NCBI GenBank assembly: GCA_963823035.1
Contig: CAWGKG010000018.1
Coordinates: 352,001-416,000 of the forward strand
Source of the DNA: an uncultured Gemmatimonadales bacterium
GTDB lineage: Bacteria > Gemmatimonadota > Gemmatimonadetes > Longimicrobiales > Gaopeijiaceae
Direction of reading: 5' to 3'
DNA: 64,000 bases
Shown here: piece after piece, positions 51,030 through 62,545 of the stretch
Position numbering within the stretch: position 1 is the first letter of the stretch
How the letters are laid out: every line of letters begins with the position of its first letter
Made by a program: the position numbers and the translations under genes
The notes under the pieces: model-generated
What the model was told of the DNA's origin: nothing
Database searches by the model: none
What the model saw: the letters and a program-made list of their open reading frames with translations, nothing else

Positions 51030-52094
51030 CTACCCGGCCGGCAGTGGCGGGAGGGGCTGCTTGAAGAACGTCCCGATCAGCTTCTGGACCTGCGGGTCGA
51101 CGCACAGCATGGCGTGCGGCTGCACGTTGCCCTCGAAGATGCGCCGGCGGTCGTGCACCGGGGGGCCGATCATGCCCTGGGTGATCTTCTCGGGCACCAG
51201 GGAGTCGCCCTTCTGATTCCGGTACTCGGGGACGAACAGGCCGGCGCGCCTCGGCACGGAGATCGGCGTCATCTGGCGCTTGCCCATCACCACGAGCGTG
51301 TCCACGCCCGGCACCATGTGCGAGAAGGGACCGGTGAGCAGCGCCTGGGTCTCGCGAGCCCGCTGCAGGAGATCGCTGGAGATACCGCCCGGCACGTCCA
51401 GGAGGTCGGGCCATCCCCCGGGCATGTTGAACTGCTCTTCGTTGTCGAGGGGCTGGCCGTCCTCGTCCACCGCCGAAGCCCACGCCGGCAGCATCTGGTA
51501 GAGCGCCGGCCAGGTGCGCGCTGCGGCCAGGATCCCCGGGAGGTTCTTCTCGCCCAGGTCCTCGCGCCCGAAGAGGATCGCCTCGAGGGCGCGCACGGTT
51601 CCCGCGATCGGCCCGCCGACCAGCACCACCCGACCCACCCGCTCCGCGAACCACCGGGGGCTCACGGCCAGCTTGCTCGCCAGGACGATGATGAGCGCGC
51701 CCTGCGAGTGCCCGATGAGGTTGAAGCGCGTGTCGTCCGCGCGCTCTGCCTCGAGGTACTGGAGCAGCTTGTACGCATTGTACCGGAGATCCGCGCGCCA
51801 ATCGTAGCGCCACCAGTCCGTCACGGGGAGCCCGTCGTAGGGCGTACGCAGGACGTCCCCTTTGACCACGTGGACGCCGTCCTCCAGGGAGGTGAGCTCC
51901 GGCTTGAGCTTGCCGGGCGTGTGCTTCATGCCCAGGAGCATCCCGACCCCCTCCGGGTCGCGGTCACCCAGATCGCCCCTCCCGATGACGAGCTGCACCC
52001 GGACGGCATTGTAGACGACGTTGCCCTCGTGATCGCGCAGGCTCGTGGCCTGCGTGCCGGGAACGAGGAGGGTTCGCTGGCGCTTGGGCGGCAT
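51030..52094 (-). CDS. LCAT/PGAP1-like lipase/acyltransferase
   Basis: LVPGTQATSL, YDWR, IGHSQG, ALYQMLP, GDSLVP and PHAML motifs. Confidence 0.82.
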   Translation of the reverse strand: MPPKRQRTLLVPGTQATSLRDHEGNVVYNAVRVQLVIGRGDLGDRDPEGVGMLLGMKHTPGKLKPELTSLEDGVHVVKGDVLRTPYDGLPVTDWWRYDWRADLRYNAYKLLQYLEAERADDTRFNLIGHSQGALIIVLASKLAVSPRWFAERVGRVVLVGGPIAGTVRALEAILFGREDLGEKNLPGILAAARTWPALYQMLPAWASAVDEDGQPLDNEEQFNMPGGWPDLLDVPGGISSDLLQRARETQALLTGPFSHMVPGVDTLVVMGKRQMTPISVPRRAGLFVPEYRNQKGDSLVPEKITQGMIGPPVHDRRRIFEGNVQPHAMLCVDPQVQKLIGTFFKQPLPPLPAG

Positions 52095-52412
52095 GGTCAC
52101 TCCGGAGCAGGTGCACGACGCGCGCGCCCCAGGGCGGGCGGGCGGGTCCGGCGCGACCTCGAAGAGCCCGGGTTCCCGAACGGGAGACCGAACTCCCACG
52201 GCACCGCGTCGCTCTGATCGGGGCGCGGGCGAAGGACGCCCAGCAGTTATGCGCGCTGGCGTGGAAAGCGTCAAGAGCGCCGTGGTCCGGGTGTGACAGG
52301 TAACCGGAATCGTTCTTGACACCAGCCGCACCGCAGCCGAATAGTGTGGCCTCGGTTTCCGAGGAAACTCCTACCGGTGTGGCCGCCCCCCCACGGACCA
52401 CCAGGGGGCTCG

Positions 52413-55301
52413 ATGCGTCGTACGATCAAGGTCCTTCTCCTCGCGTTCCTCCTCCTCTTCATCGTCCTTCCCGGCCTCGCGCTCCTCGTCTCGAAGAGCG
52501 TGCGGTACGAGGCTTCCTCCCTCCTGGCGTGCCGAACCCTGGCCAAGGGCGGCTTCCGGCCCATCGCCGAGGAACGGCAGGATCGCTTCGAGGGGAAGGT
52601 CCAGGAGTACACGGCGAAGTGCCGGGGCGGGACCCCGGCCCTGGCCTACCGAGGGACCCCGTGGGTCGACTGGTCCAACTACTGGGGGACGGGCGACGCC
52701 TCATCCCGCTCGGGCCCCACGCTGTTCGGGCACCTCTCCCGCGACGGGAGGGGTGTGGACGGGGCGCTCATCGATCTCGAGTACCAGCGCATCGAGCTGC
52801 TCAAGTTCAACCTCTTCGACAACCTCACCTTCCCCGAATACGCGCGGGGGCGCGACGGCGTCCCCGGCCGGTCGCTCAAGGTCTGGGGGGCCATGCGCCT
52901 CCCCGCGGACGACCCCAACTACCAGAGCGTGGGAGGGGACGGCGAGCAGCTGTGCACCGGTGACCTGATCCGCTACCGGCAGCTCACCGGCATCTGCAAC
53001 GACATCCGCAACCCGCGCATGGGCTCCACGGGGATGGCCTTCGCGCGCAACGTCCCCTTCGAGGAGACCTTCCCGCTCCTCGGCAGCCACCGAGCTCGTG
53101 CGCAACCGCCACGGCGGCCGTATCTCCCTCCTGAAGCCCGACCCGCAGGTGATCAGCCGCGAGCTGTTCACGCGCCAGCAGTCGGATCCGGAGCACTGCC
53201 GGGCGGGCACCGCGAGCGGGCCGGACGCCCACTGCGACTACGTGAAGGCGCCGTTCTTCAACGTGCTCGCCGCGTTCTGGATCCAGTTCATGACGCACGA
53301 CTGGTTCGCCCACCTCGACGAGGGGAAGAACGCGGCCGAGCTCATGGCCGTGGGATGCGCCGACCGCTACGACGGCGCCACCTACCGCCCGCTCACCGAG
53401 GACGAGGTGGCGGCCCTCGGCTGCCGTCCGGGCGACCGGGCCGACGAGGCGCTCATGGCGCAGACGGACCCGCCGCCCACCTTCGACGACAACGGACGTA
53501 CGCGCATGGCCCGCGCGCCGCGCACCACGAGCAACCTCAACACGGCGTGGTGGGACGCGTCGCAGCTCTACGGCTACAGCGCGCGCTCCGCGCAGCGGGT
53601 GAAACGGGACCCGAACGATCCGGCCAAGCTGCTCATGGTCCCGGAGAACACCCGCTCCGGCACGGGAGACGAACAGGGATACCTCCCGACGTTCGCGGCC
53701 GGCGACCCCATCTTGCCGTCGTGGGCCGGACAGGAGGCCACGGCGTTTCCCGACAACTGGTCGATCGGGACGAGCTTCTACCACAACCTCTTCGCGCGGG
53801 AGCACAACCTCTTCGTCGACGAATTCCGGCGCAGGGCGCTCGCCGACCCCGACGCCGACTCCGGGCTGCGCGACCCGGCCCACCCGGACCAGGTCATCCG
53901 CTACGGCGACGTGCAGCCCGACCTCCTCTTCCAGGTGGCGCGCCTGGTGGTGGCCGCGGAGATCGCGAAGATCCATACCATCGAGTGGACCACGCAGCTG
54001 CTCTACGACGAGCCGCTCTACCAGGCCATGAACGCCAACTGGCACGGCCTCGTGCGAACGGACAACAAGGTCTCGAGAGCGCTGGCGCACGTCGCGGTGG
54101 ATCGTCTGGGACGCTCCTTCAACGAGACCGACCAGACGCAGTGGTTCTCGGTGTTCGCCTCCGGCGCCGGCATCACGGGGCTCGGCAGCCACCGCTACGC
54201 CGAGGGCGACCGGGGATTCCTGGGCATCGTCAAGGGCGCCGAGGACATCTGGTCGCTCAGCAACCCCGACCACGTGCAGGGCGGGGTCGAACCACTTCGG
54301 GTCGCCGTTCAACTTCCCGGAGGAGTTCGTGACCGTGTACCGGCTCCACCCACTCGTGCCGGACCTTCTCGACTATCGGGAGTACACGGCTCCGAACCAG
54401 GTCGAGCGGGAGGTGCCGGTCGCGTCCATGGTGCGCGCCAACGCCACGCCGGCGATGCACCAGGAGGGCCTCGCCAACTGGGCTCTGACCATGGGCCGGC
54501 AACGGCTCGGCGCGCTCTCGCTGCAGAACCACCCGCTCTTCCTGCAGAACCTCCCGATGCCCCGCATCCACGGGCGCCACGGGCCAGCTCGACATCCCGG
54601 CGCTCGACGTGATCCGCGACCGCGAGCGCGGCATCCCACGCTTCAACGAGTTCCGTCGGCAGTACGGGCTCCACTCGCTCAGCGGCTTCGACGACTTCGT
54701 GGACGTGCGGCTTCCCGAGGACTCCCCCGGCCGCAAGCGACAGGAGGAGCTGGTCCTCAAGCTGCGCGAGATCTACGGCCAGCACCGCTGCGACGACTCG
54801 TTGGTGATCACGGAAGCGCAGACGCTCGACGGTCGGCCGATCACCGACTGCCTCGGTCACCCCGACGGCACGATGGTCGACAACATCGAGGACCTGGACA
54901 CCGTGGTGGGCTGGCTCGCCGGATCGACGCGCCCGCACGGCTTCGCGATCTCGGAGACGCAGTTCACCGTGTTCATCATCAACGCGTCGCGCCGGCTCTT
55001 CAGCGACCGCTTCTTCACCTCCAGCTACCGCCCCGAATTCTATTCGAACCTCGGCATCGAGTGGGTGGACAACAACGGCCCGGACGGGAAGGTCATGGAG
55101 AAGGGGCGGCCCAACGGGCACGAGGAGGAGGTGTCGCCGCTCAAGCGCGTGCTCCTGCGCACGATGCCCGAGCTGGCGGACGAGCTGTCCGGCGTCGTGA
55201 ACGTCTTCGATCCGTGGGCCCGGGACCGGGGCGACTACTACTCCCTCGAATGGAAGCCGCGCCCCGGCGCCGAGTCCGACCCGGCCTTCCGGGAGCGTTG
55301 A
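52413..55301 (+). CDS. Peroxidase-cyclooxygenase superfamily heme enzyme, fatty-acid alpha-dioxygenase-like, about 960 aa (three +1 breaks near 53085, 54289, 54570)
   Basis: Reconstructed motifs: GICND...MGSTG..FARN, NVLAAFWIQFMTHDW, NTAWWDASQLYG, FAREHN, IAKIHTIEWT, FPEEFVTVYRLHPLVPD, RDRERGIPRFNEFRR, GFAISET...ASRRLFSDRFFT. N-terminal hydrophobic anchor. Confidence 0.88.
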
Positions 55302-56617
55302 TGTCGAAGGGCGGAGACGCCGCCCGGGCCGTTCGGGCTGCCGCGGCCCCCGCGGCCAAGGCGGGAATCGTGGACGTCGCGCGCCTCGTCTCCCGCCTCG
55401 GGACGGGGAAGCTCGGCGGCGACTCCTTCGACCCGGGACGCGCCGTGTGCGCGTGGGCACGCCGGATCATGGACCGGAAGGACGGTGCGACCGGCGTGCG
55501 CGTCGGTGTGGGAGGGCGCGGCGTCGACCTCGTCGGCGACCTCGACCGCTCGGAGACGATCCTGGGCGCGAAGCCCGGCGACGGCTATCGGGCCGGCGAC
55601 CTCAAGGTGAGCGCCATGGCCTTCCTGGCGCCCGGGGCCCTCACGGTGGCGGACGGCGCGCGCTGGCAGGCTCTGCGCACCTTCAACGAGGGCGCCCTGG
55701 GCACGGGCGGAGCCCACCCCCACGCGCAGGCGTTCCTCGAGCACGTGCGTGCCGCCTTCGCCGCGCCCGTCTCCGACCGCGCCGGCGTCGAGCGGGCGAT
55801 GGCGCGGGCGATGGCGGGCATCGTCCTCGGGGGCGACCCCACCGAGGCGGCGCGCATGGCGGACGCCGTCGGCACGCTCTTCGACGTGGTGCAGAGCCCC
55901 GTGCGGCGACTCCTCCTGGGTTGGAGGTACCGCGGCCGTCGGCAGCGGCTCTACGACGCCCTCGCCCGCCGGTGGGAGGCGACCTCCCCGGAGGACCCCA
56001 CCGTGCTGGGCGCTGCCCGCGGCCATGCTCCGGATCTGGACCTGCGCACGCTTCTCGAGCAGGTGCCGCACTGGATGTTCACCTTCACGCGCTCCGGCAC
56101 GGACCTCCTCACCCGCACGCTGGCGATGACCGCGGCCCGCCCCGACGCCAGGCGACGGATCGTCGCGGAGTGCGCGGAGGCCGGAGCGCCGGACCGCGCC
56201 GAATCGACCGGGAAGCTCGCGTTCACCCGGGCCTGCCTGCTCGAGACGGGACGGCTCTTTCCGCCGGTGACGCGCACCTTCCACCAAGCCGTCGCCGGGG
56301 GCGGACGCGAGGTGGTCCACTGGTTCCCGCTCCTGCAGCGCGACGACGCGCTCGGCGCGTCGGTGAACGCCTTCCGCCCGGAGCGGTGGCTGACCGACGC
56401 GCCGGACGCGGCGGCCTCCGCCTCGAACCTCTTCCTGCGCGGGCCACGCGCCTGTCCGGGCAGCGACCTGATCCTCTTCGTCTGCACCGCGGCCGTCGCC
56501 CGCCAGATCGGCGAGATCGGCATCACGGGCCGTGGGTCCCGCCTGTCCCGGGATCCTCTCCCCGTCTCCTTCCCCGAAGGTGAGGCGCGCTTCGCCGCGC
56601 CGGAGGCCTCCCCATGA
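55301..56617 (+). CDS. Atypical cytochrome P450
   Basis: DGARWQALR (WxxxR), ETGR (ExxR), FRPERW and FLRGPRACPG (Cys ligand). ATG overlaps the upstream TGA. Confidence 0.85.
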   Translation: MSKGGDAARAVRAAAAPAAKAGIVDVARLVSRLGTGKLGGDSFDPGRAVCAWARRIMDRKDGATGVRVGVGGRGVDLVGDLDRSETILGAKPGDGYRAGDLKVSAMAFLAPGALTVADGARWQALRTFNEGALGTGGAHPHAQAFLEHVRAAFAAPVSDRAGVERAMARAMAGIVLGGDPTEAARMADAVGTLFDVVQSPVRRLLLGWRYRGRRQRLYDALARRWEATSPEDPTVLGAARGHAPDLDLRTLLEQVPHWMFTFTRSGTDLLTRTLAMTAARPDARRRIVAECAEAGAPDRAESTGKLAFTRACLLETGRLFPPVTRTFHQAVAGGGREVVHWFPLLQRDDALGASVNAFRPERWLTDAPDAAASASNLFLRGPRACPGSDLILFVCTAAVARQIGEIGITGRGSRLSRDPLPVSFPEGEARFAAPEASP

Positions 56618-57060
56618 CCGTCGACAGCCCGGCCCTCACCAGCATGGGGCGCCAGGAGCTGGACGAGCTGTTCCGCTCCAGCCCCGCCGGCACGATACCC
56701 GTCGGTCGGTCGCGGGGAACCGCGCTCCTGGCCCCGGGAAGCGTCTTCGACGGCATCGTTCGCGGGTTCATCCGCGCCCTGATCTGGAAGGGGAAGATCT
56801 TCCGCCCGGAGTCGCGCGACCTCGAGAACCGGCTCGGGCCGATCGGTACCCCGGGCATCCGCGCCCGCGTGTACCAGGACGAGAGCTGGTTCTCCTCGGG
56901 CCAGGCGATCATCCTCGACTACTCGAAGACGTCGTTCGTGGCCCGCATGATCCGCGACGAGATCCGCCAGGTGGGGCCGGGGCTGTACCTGGGGCAGATC
57001 TACCTGTGGAAGAAGCGCGTCGGGCTCTTCATGCTCGAGTTCTCGGGGGTGGGGGCATGA
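56614..57060 (+). CDS. Conserved hypothetical protein
   Basis: ATGA-coupled at both ends; WKGKIF...ILDYSKTS....IRDEIRQVGPGLYLG. Confidence 0.8.
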   Translation: MTVDSPALTSMGRQELDELFRSSPAGTIPVGRSRGTALLAPGSVFDGIVRGFIRALIWKGKIFRPESRDLENRLGPIGTPGIRARVYQDESWFSSGQAIILDYSKTSFVARMIRDEIRQVGPGLYLGQIYLWKKRVGLFMLEFSGVGA

Positions 57061-58671
57061 GAGGCAAGCTGGTCAACGGTCAGCGCATGGATCGGCGCCG
57101 TGGTCGTCGCGGCGGTCGTGGTCGGAGGGATCTACCTGGCCGTTCGGTTGAGGGACGACGAGCCCGTGCGCTACGCCGATGACGCGGAGCACTTCAAGTA
57201 CGGCTCCACGGGGGGCGAGCGGGGCTACTACAACCAGTTCGGCTTCGGCGTACCGTACTGGGTCTGGGTGGCCCTGCCCGAGCTCTTCCCCGAGTACCTC
57301 CCGGACCCCACCAGGGGCCGGGGCTATACGTCGTTCGGCATGATCTACGAGGACGGGAAGGACCCGCGCTTCGACCTGCCCATCGGCATGTCCATGCGCC
57401 GGGTCCAGGGGATCGACCGCGTCTACTTCAACTGCGCGGTCTGCCACACGGGCTCCGTGCGCGACACGCCGGGCGGGGACCGCCGCATCATCCCGGCGAT
57501 GCCGGCCAACACCTTCGACCTGGGCGCGCTGGCGGTCTTCCTCAGCCGCTCGGCGACGGACTGGAAGTTCCGCTCGAGCCGCATGTTCCCGGGCATCGAG
57601 GCGCTGGAGACGGCCCGCGACTCCCTTCCCGATCCGCCGCGGGACGTCTACCGCCCCGACCCGCTCAACCGGGTGGACCGCCTCGTCTTCCGCTACCTGG
57701 GGATCACGTTGCTGCGCGAGCAGCTTCTCACGCTCACGTCCCGGCTCTCCTTCGTGGACCAGGAGAGCTGGGGGCCGGGTCGCGTCGATACCTTCGACCC
57801 GCCCAAGGCGCTCCTCGGCTTCCCGATGGAGAAGGCACCCGCCCGGGAGAAGATGGGCAACGCCGACTTCCCCGCCGTCTGGAACCAGAAGTGGAAGGAG
57901 GGGATGCATCTCCACTGGGACGGGAACAACACCGCGGTGGACGAGCGGAACCTGAGCGCCGGCTTCGGCACGGGCGCCACGCCCACGACGATCGACAAGG
58001 AGGGCGTGCTGCGCATGGCGGCCTACCTGTGGGACGAGGTGCAGCCGCCCCCCTTCCCCGCCGACCGGATCGACAGCGCGCTGGCCGCCCAGGGCGAGCC
58101 CGTCTACCGGCGCGAGTGCTGGTCGTGTCACGGCAGCGGCAGGCCTCCCTTCCACGCCGAGGGGGACGGCAGCAGCGTCGGCAAGGTCACGCCGATCGAG
58201 TACGTCGGCACCGACAGGGCGCGCCTCGACTCGTACACACCTGCGCTGGCCGCGGCCCAGAACTCCCTCTACGCGGGCTTCCCCGCGGACGAGGACTGGT
58301 GCCGCGATCACCCAGAGGACAAGGACAAGTGCTACCCGGCGCGCTTCAGCCATTTCAGGAAGACGTTCGGCTACGCCAACATGCCCCTGGACGGCCTCTG
58401 GCTGCGCGCACCGTATCTGCACAACGGCTCCGTGCCCGATCTGCGCGCGCTCCTCGAGCCACCCGCCGCGCGTCCCACCGTGTTCTGGATCGGCTACGAC
58501 GTCTACGACTACGCGCGCGTCGGCTTCGTCACGCAGGGAGCCGAGGCCGAGCGGCTGGGCTGGCGCTACGACACCCGCCTGCGCGGCAACGGCAACGGAG
58601 GCCACGTGTGGGGCACGACGCTTCCGCCGGCCGAGAAGGCCGCGTTGCTGGAGTACCTGAAGACGTTCTGA
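57057..58671 (+). CDS. Membrane-anchored di-heme cytochrome c, RoxA/MauG-like (+1 break near 57075)
   Basis: N-terminal TM; CAVCH and CWSCH; LDGLWLRAPYLHNGSVP; GNGNGGH; LLEYLKT. Confidence 0.85.
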
Positions 58672-58726
58672 CGATGGACCCGGCCCCCTCGGGGGCCCCC
58701 CGGACCCTCTCGCGATCGGAGCCCAC

Positions 58727-60325
58727 GTGACCGCCGCCGAAACGCCGAAGAAGACCAAGTGGAAGCGACGCCTGCTGTGGCTCGTCGCGGTCCTGGTGAT
58801 CCTCGCCGTCCCCGCGGGCGCGTTCGTCTGGTACAAGTTCTTCCGCGACGTGCCGCAACCCGAGTGGATCACGAGCGACCCCGCGACGAACTTCCTCTAC
58901 GGCTCGATGGGCGGGGAGTCGCAGGGCGGCATCCCCTATTGGATCGTGGTGGTCCTCCCGCGGATCTTCGACGACTACCTCCCCGGCCCCGGTGGGTACG
59001 CCTCGCTCGGCCTGGCGTGGGAGGAGGGGCACGAGCTCCCCGCGGGCTTCTCCAAGAAGCGCATCGGCTTCGACCGGGTCGGCTTCAACTGCGCGCTCTG
59101 CCACAGCGCGCGGTACCGTGTGGACCCGGAGCATTCCCCGGTGATCGTAGCCGGCGGGGGGAGCAACACGGCCGACATCCAGGGGCTCATGGAGTTCTTC
59201 GGCAAGGCGGCGCACGACTCGCGCTTCAATCCCGAGACGATCATCACGCAGATCGACATGGCCTACCCGCTCGGGTTCGTCGATCGGCTACTCTACAAGC
59301 TCCTCTTCATCCCGATCACCAAGAAGCGGCTCGCGGAGCTCGGCGACGACTTCTCGTGGTCGGCCCGGAAGCCCGCGTGGGGCCCGGGGCGCGATCCGCC
59401 CATGAACCTCACGAAGTTCAACTTCCTCGACCTCCCGCTCGACAGCACGGTCGACAACACCGACTTCCCTTCTCTGTGGAACCTGAAGACACGGGTTCAG
59501 CAGGGGCGCACCTGGCCGGAGGACGACTTCTCGCTCACCGCGGACCTGCCGCGCATCGGCATCCCGCCCGAGCGTCTCATGCTCATGAACCTCGACGGGG
59601 CGACCACCTCGTTCCGCTCCGTGCTGATCGACTCCGCGCTGGGCATCCAGGCCGAGAATACGCCCTTCTTCCGACAGCGGATGAAGGACCTCGAGGATTG
59701 GGTGCTGAACGTGCAGGCGCCCGACTACCCGCTTCCCGTGGACTCCGCGCTCGCCGCCCGTGGAGCGCCGATCTTCGAGGAGCGCTGCGCGAGCTGCCAC
59801 GCCGCCGGGCGCGACAACCGCCTCGGCACGGTGATCCCGATCGCCGAGATCGGCACCGACCCCGAGCGCGTGCACGCCTGGACGCTCGAAGCCGCGGACA
59901 GCGCCAACCGGACCGTGCTCAACATGTTCGACATCCGGCGCACGCCGATGGCGAAGCCCGCGCCGGGCTACATCGCGATCCAGCTCGACGGCATCTGGCT
60001 GCGCGGACCCTACCTGCACAACGGATCGGTGCCGACCCTGCGTGCGCTCCTGGACCCGCCCGCCGACCGACCCGCGACGTTCTACCGGGGCTACGACGTA
60101 TTGGACCGGGTGAACGGGGGCTTCATCAGCCGCCGCTGCGCCGGGGACGAAGCGGAGCTGCCCGACGCGGACGGCGAAGGTCCGGAGTGGGGGTGCATGC
60201 CCGCGGACGAGGGGTGGTGGTACGACACGCGCGAGCGCGGCAACGGGAACGGCGGACATCTCTTCGGAGTCGACCTCGCCCCCGCCGACAAGCGCGCGCT
60301 GGTCGAGTACCTGAAGACGCGCTGA
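58727..60325 (+). CDS. Second membrane-anchored di-heme cytochrome c, paralog of the upstream gene
   Basis: N-terminal TM; CALCH and CASCH; LDGIWLRGPYLHNGSVP; GNGNGGH; LVEYLKT. Confidence 0.88.
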   Translation: MTAAETPKKTKWKRRLLWLVAVLVILAVPAGAFVWYKFFRDVPQPEWITSDPATNFLYGSMGGESQGGIPYWIVVVLPRIFDDYLPGPGGYASLGLAWEEGHELPAGFSKKRIGFDRVGFNCALCHSARYRVDPEHSPVIVAGGGSNTADIQGLMEFFGKAAHDSRFNPETIITQIDMAYPLGFVDRLLYKLLFIPITKKRLAELGDDFSWSARKPAWGPGRDPPMNLTKFNFLDLPLDSTVDNTDFPSLWNLKTRVQQGRTWPEDDFSLTADLPRIGIPPERLMLMNLDGATTSFRSVLIDSALGIQAENTPFFRQRMKDLEDWVLNVQAPDYPLPVDSALAARGAPIFEERCASCHAAGRDNRLGTVIPIAEIGTDPERVHAWTLEAADSANRTVLNMFDIRRTPMAKPAPGYIAIQLDGIWLRGPYLHNGSVPTLRALLDPPADRPATFYRGYDVLDRVNGGFISRRCAGDEAELPDADGEGPEWGCMPADEGWWYDTRERGNGNGGHLFGVDLAPADKRALVEYLKTR

Positions 60326-60326
60326 C

Positions 60327-60367
60327 GGGCGACGGGCGGCAGGGGTCCGCCGGGCCGCCGGTCGCCC
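60327..60367. terminator. Hairpin between the convergent cytochrome and acs genes
   Basis: gggcgacgggcggc / gccgccggtcgccc, 13/14 complementary; no clear U tract. Confidence 0.4.
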
Positions 60368-60381
60368 ACCCCCGTCGCGCC

Positions 60382-62334
<1,953 letters not shown>

Positions 62335-62499
62335 CGTAGCGTCCTCCTGGGACGGGGGTCGGCTGTGCGTAGGGTGTACGGGGAGGCGGCGCGGCACGAG
62401 AGCCTCCCGGGGTGCAATCTGCACGAATGATCCGGCCGGGCAAGCACGGGCCCGCGCGCCCGTCCCTCCCTCCTTGTGGAGCAAAAGCCTGGTGTTACC

Positions 62500-62522
62500 T
62501 TATCCATAATCATTCTTGATAA
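62500..62522. promoter_or_regulatory. AT-rich 11-1-11 inverted repeat, Fur/PerR-family-like operator
   Basis: TTATCCATAAT-C-ATTCTTGATAA with 9/11 symmetric positions and an ATAATnATT core, just upstream of the P1B ATPase RBS. Confidence 0.55.
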
Positions 62523-62545
62523 AGAATCGAACGGAGGGTTACGCG

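Noticed and set aside
54329..56617. Apparent natural dioxygenase-P450 fusion ORF (762 aa) resembling fungal DOX-CYP
   Set aside because: It is created by the frame break near 54570. The corrected dioxygenase stops at TGA 55299-55301 and the P450 starts at the overlapping ATG.
48853..60381. Integrative element or prophage carrying the heme-enzyme cluster
   Set aside because: No integrase, transposase, tRNA or flanking direct repeats are seen, and composition resembles the rest of the window.
62440..62456. Sigma54-like site upstream of acs (CGGGCCCGTGCTTGC on the minus strand)
   Set aside because: GG-N10-GC spacing is present but the -24 element matches TGGCAC poorly; likely chance at this GC content.
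62475..62510. DnaA-box-like TTATCCATA suggesting oriC
   Set aside because: Only one or two mismatched boxes in a short spacer, with no dnaA/dnaN context; an operator palindrome fits better.
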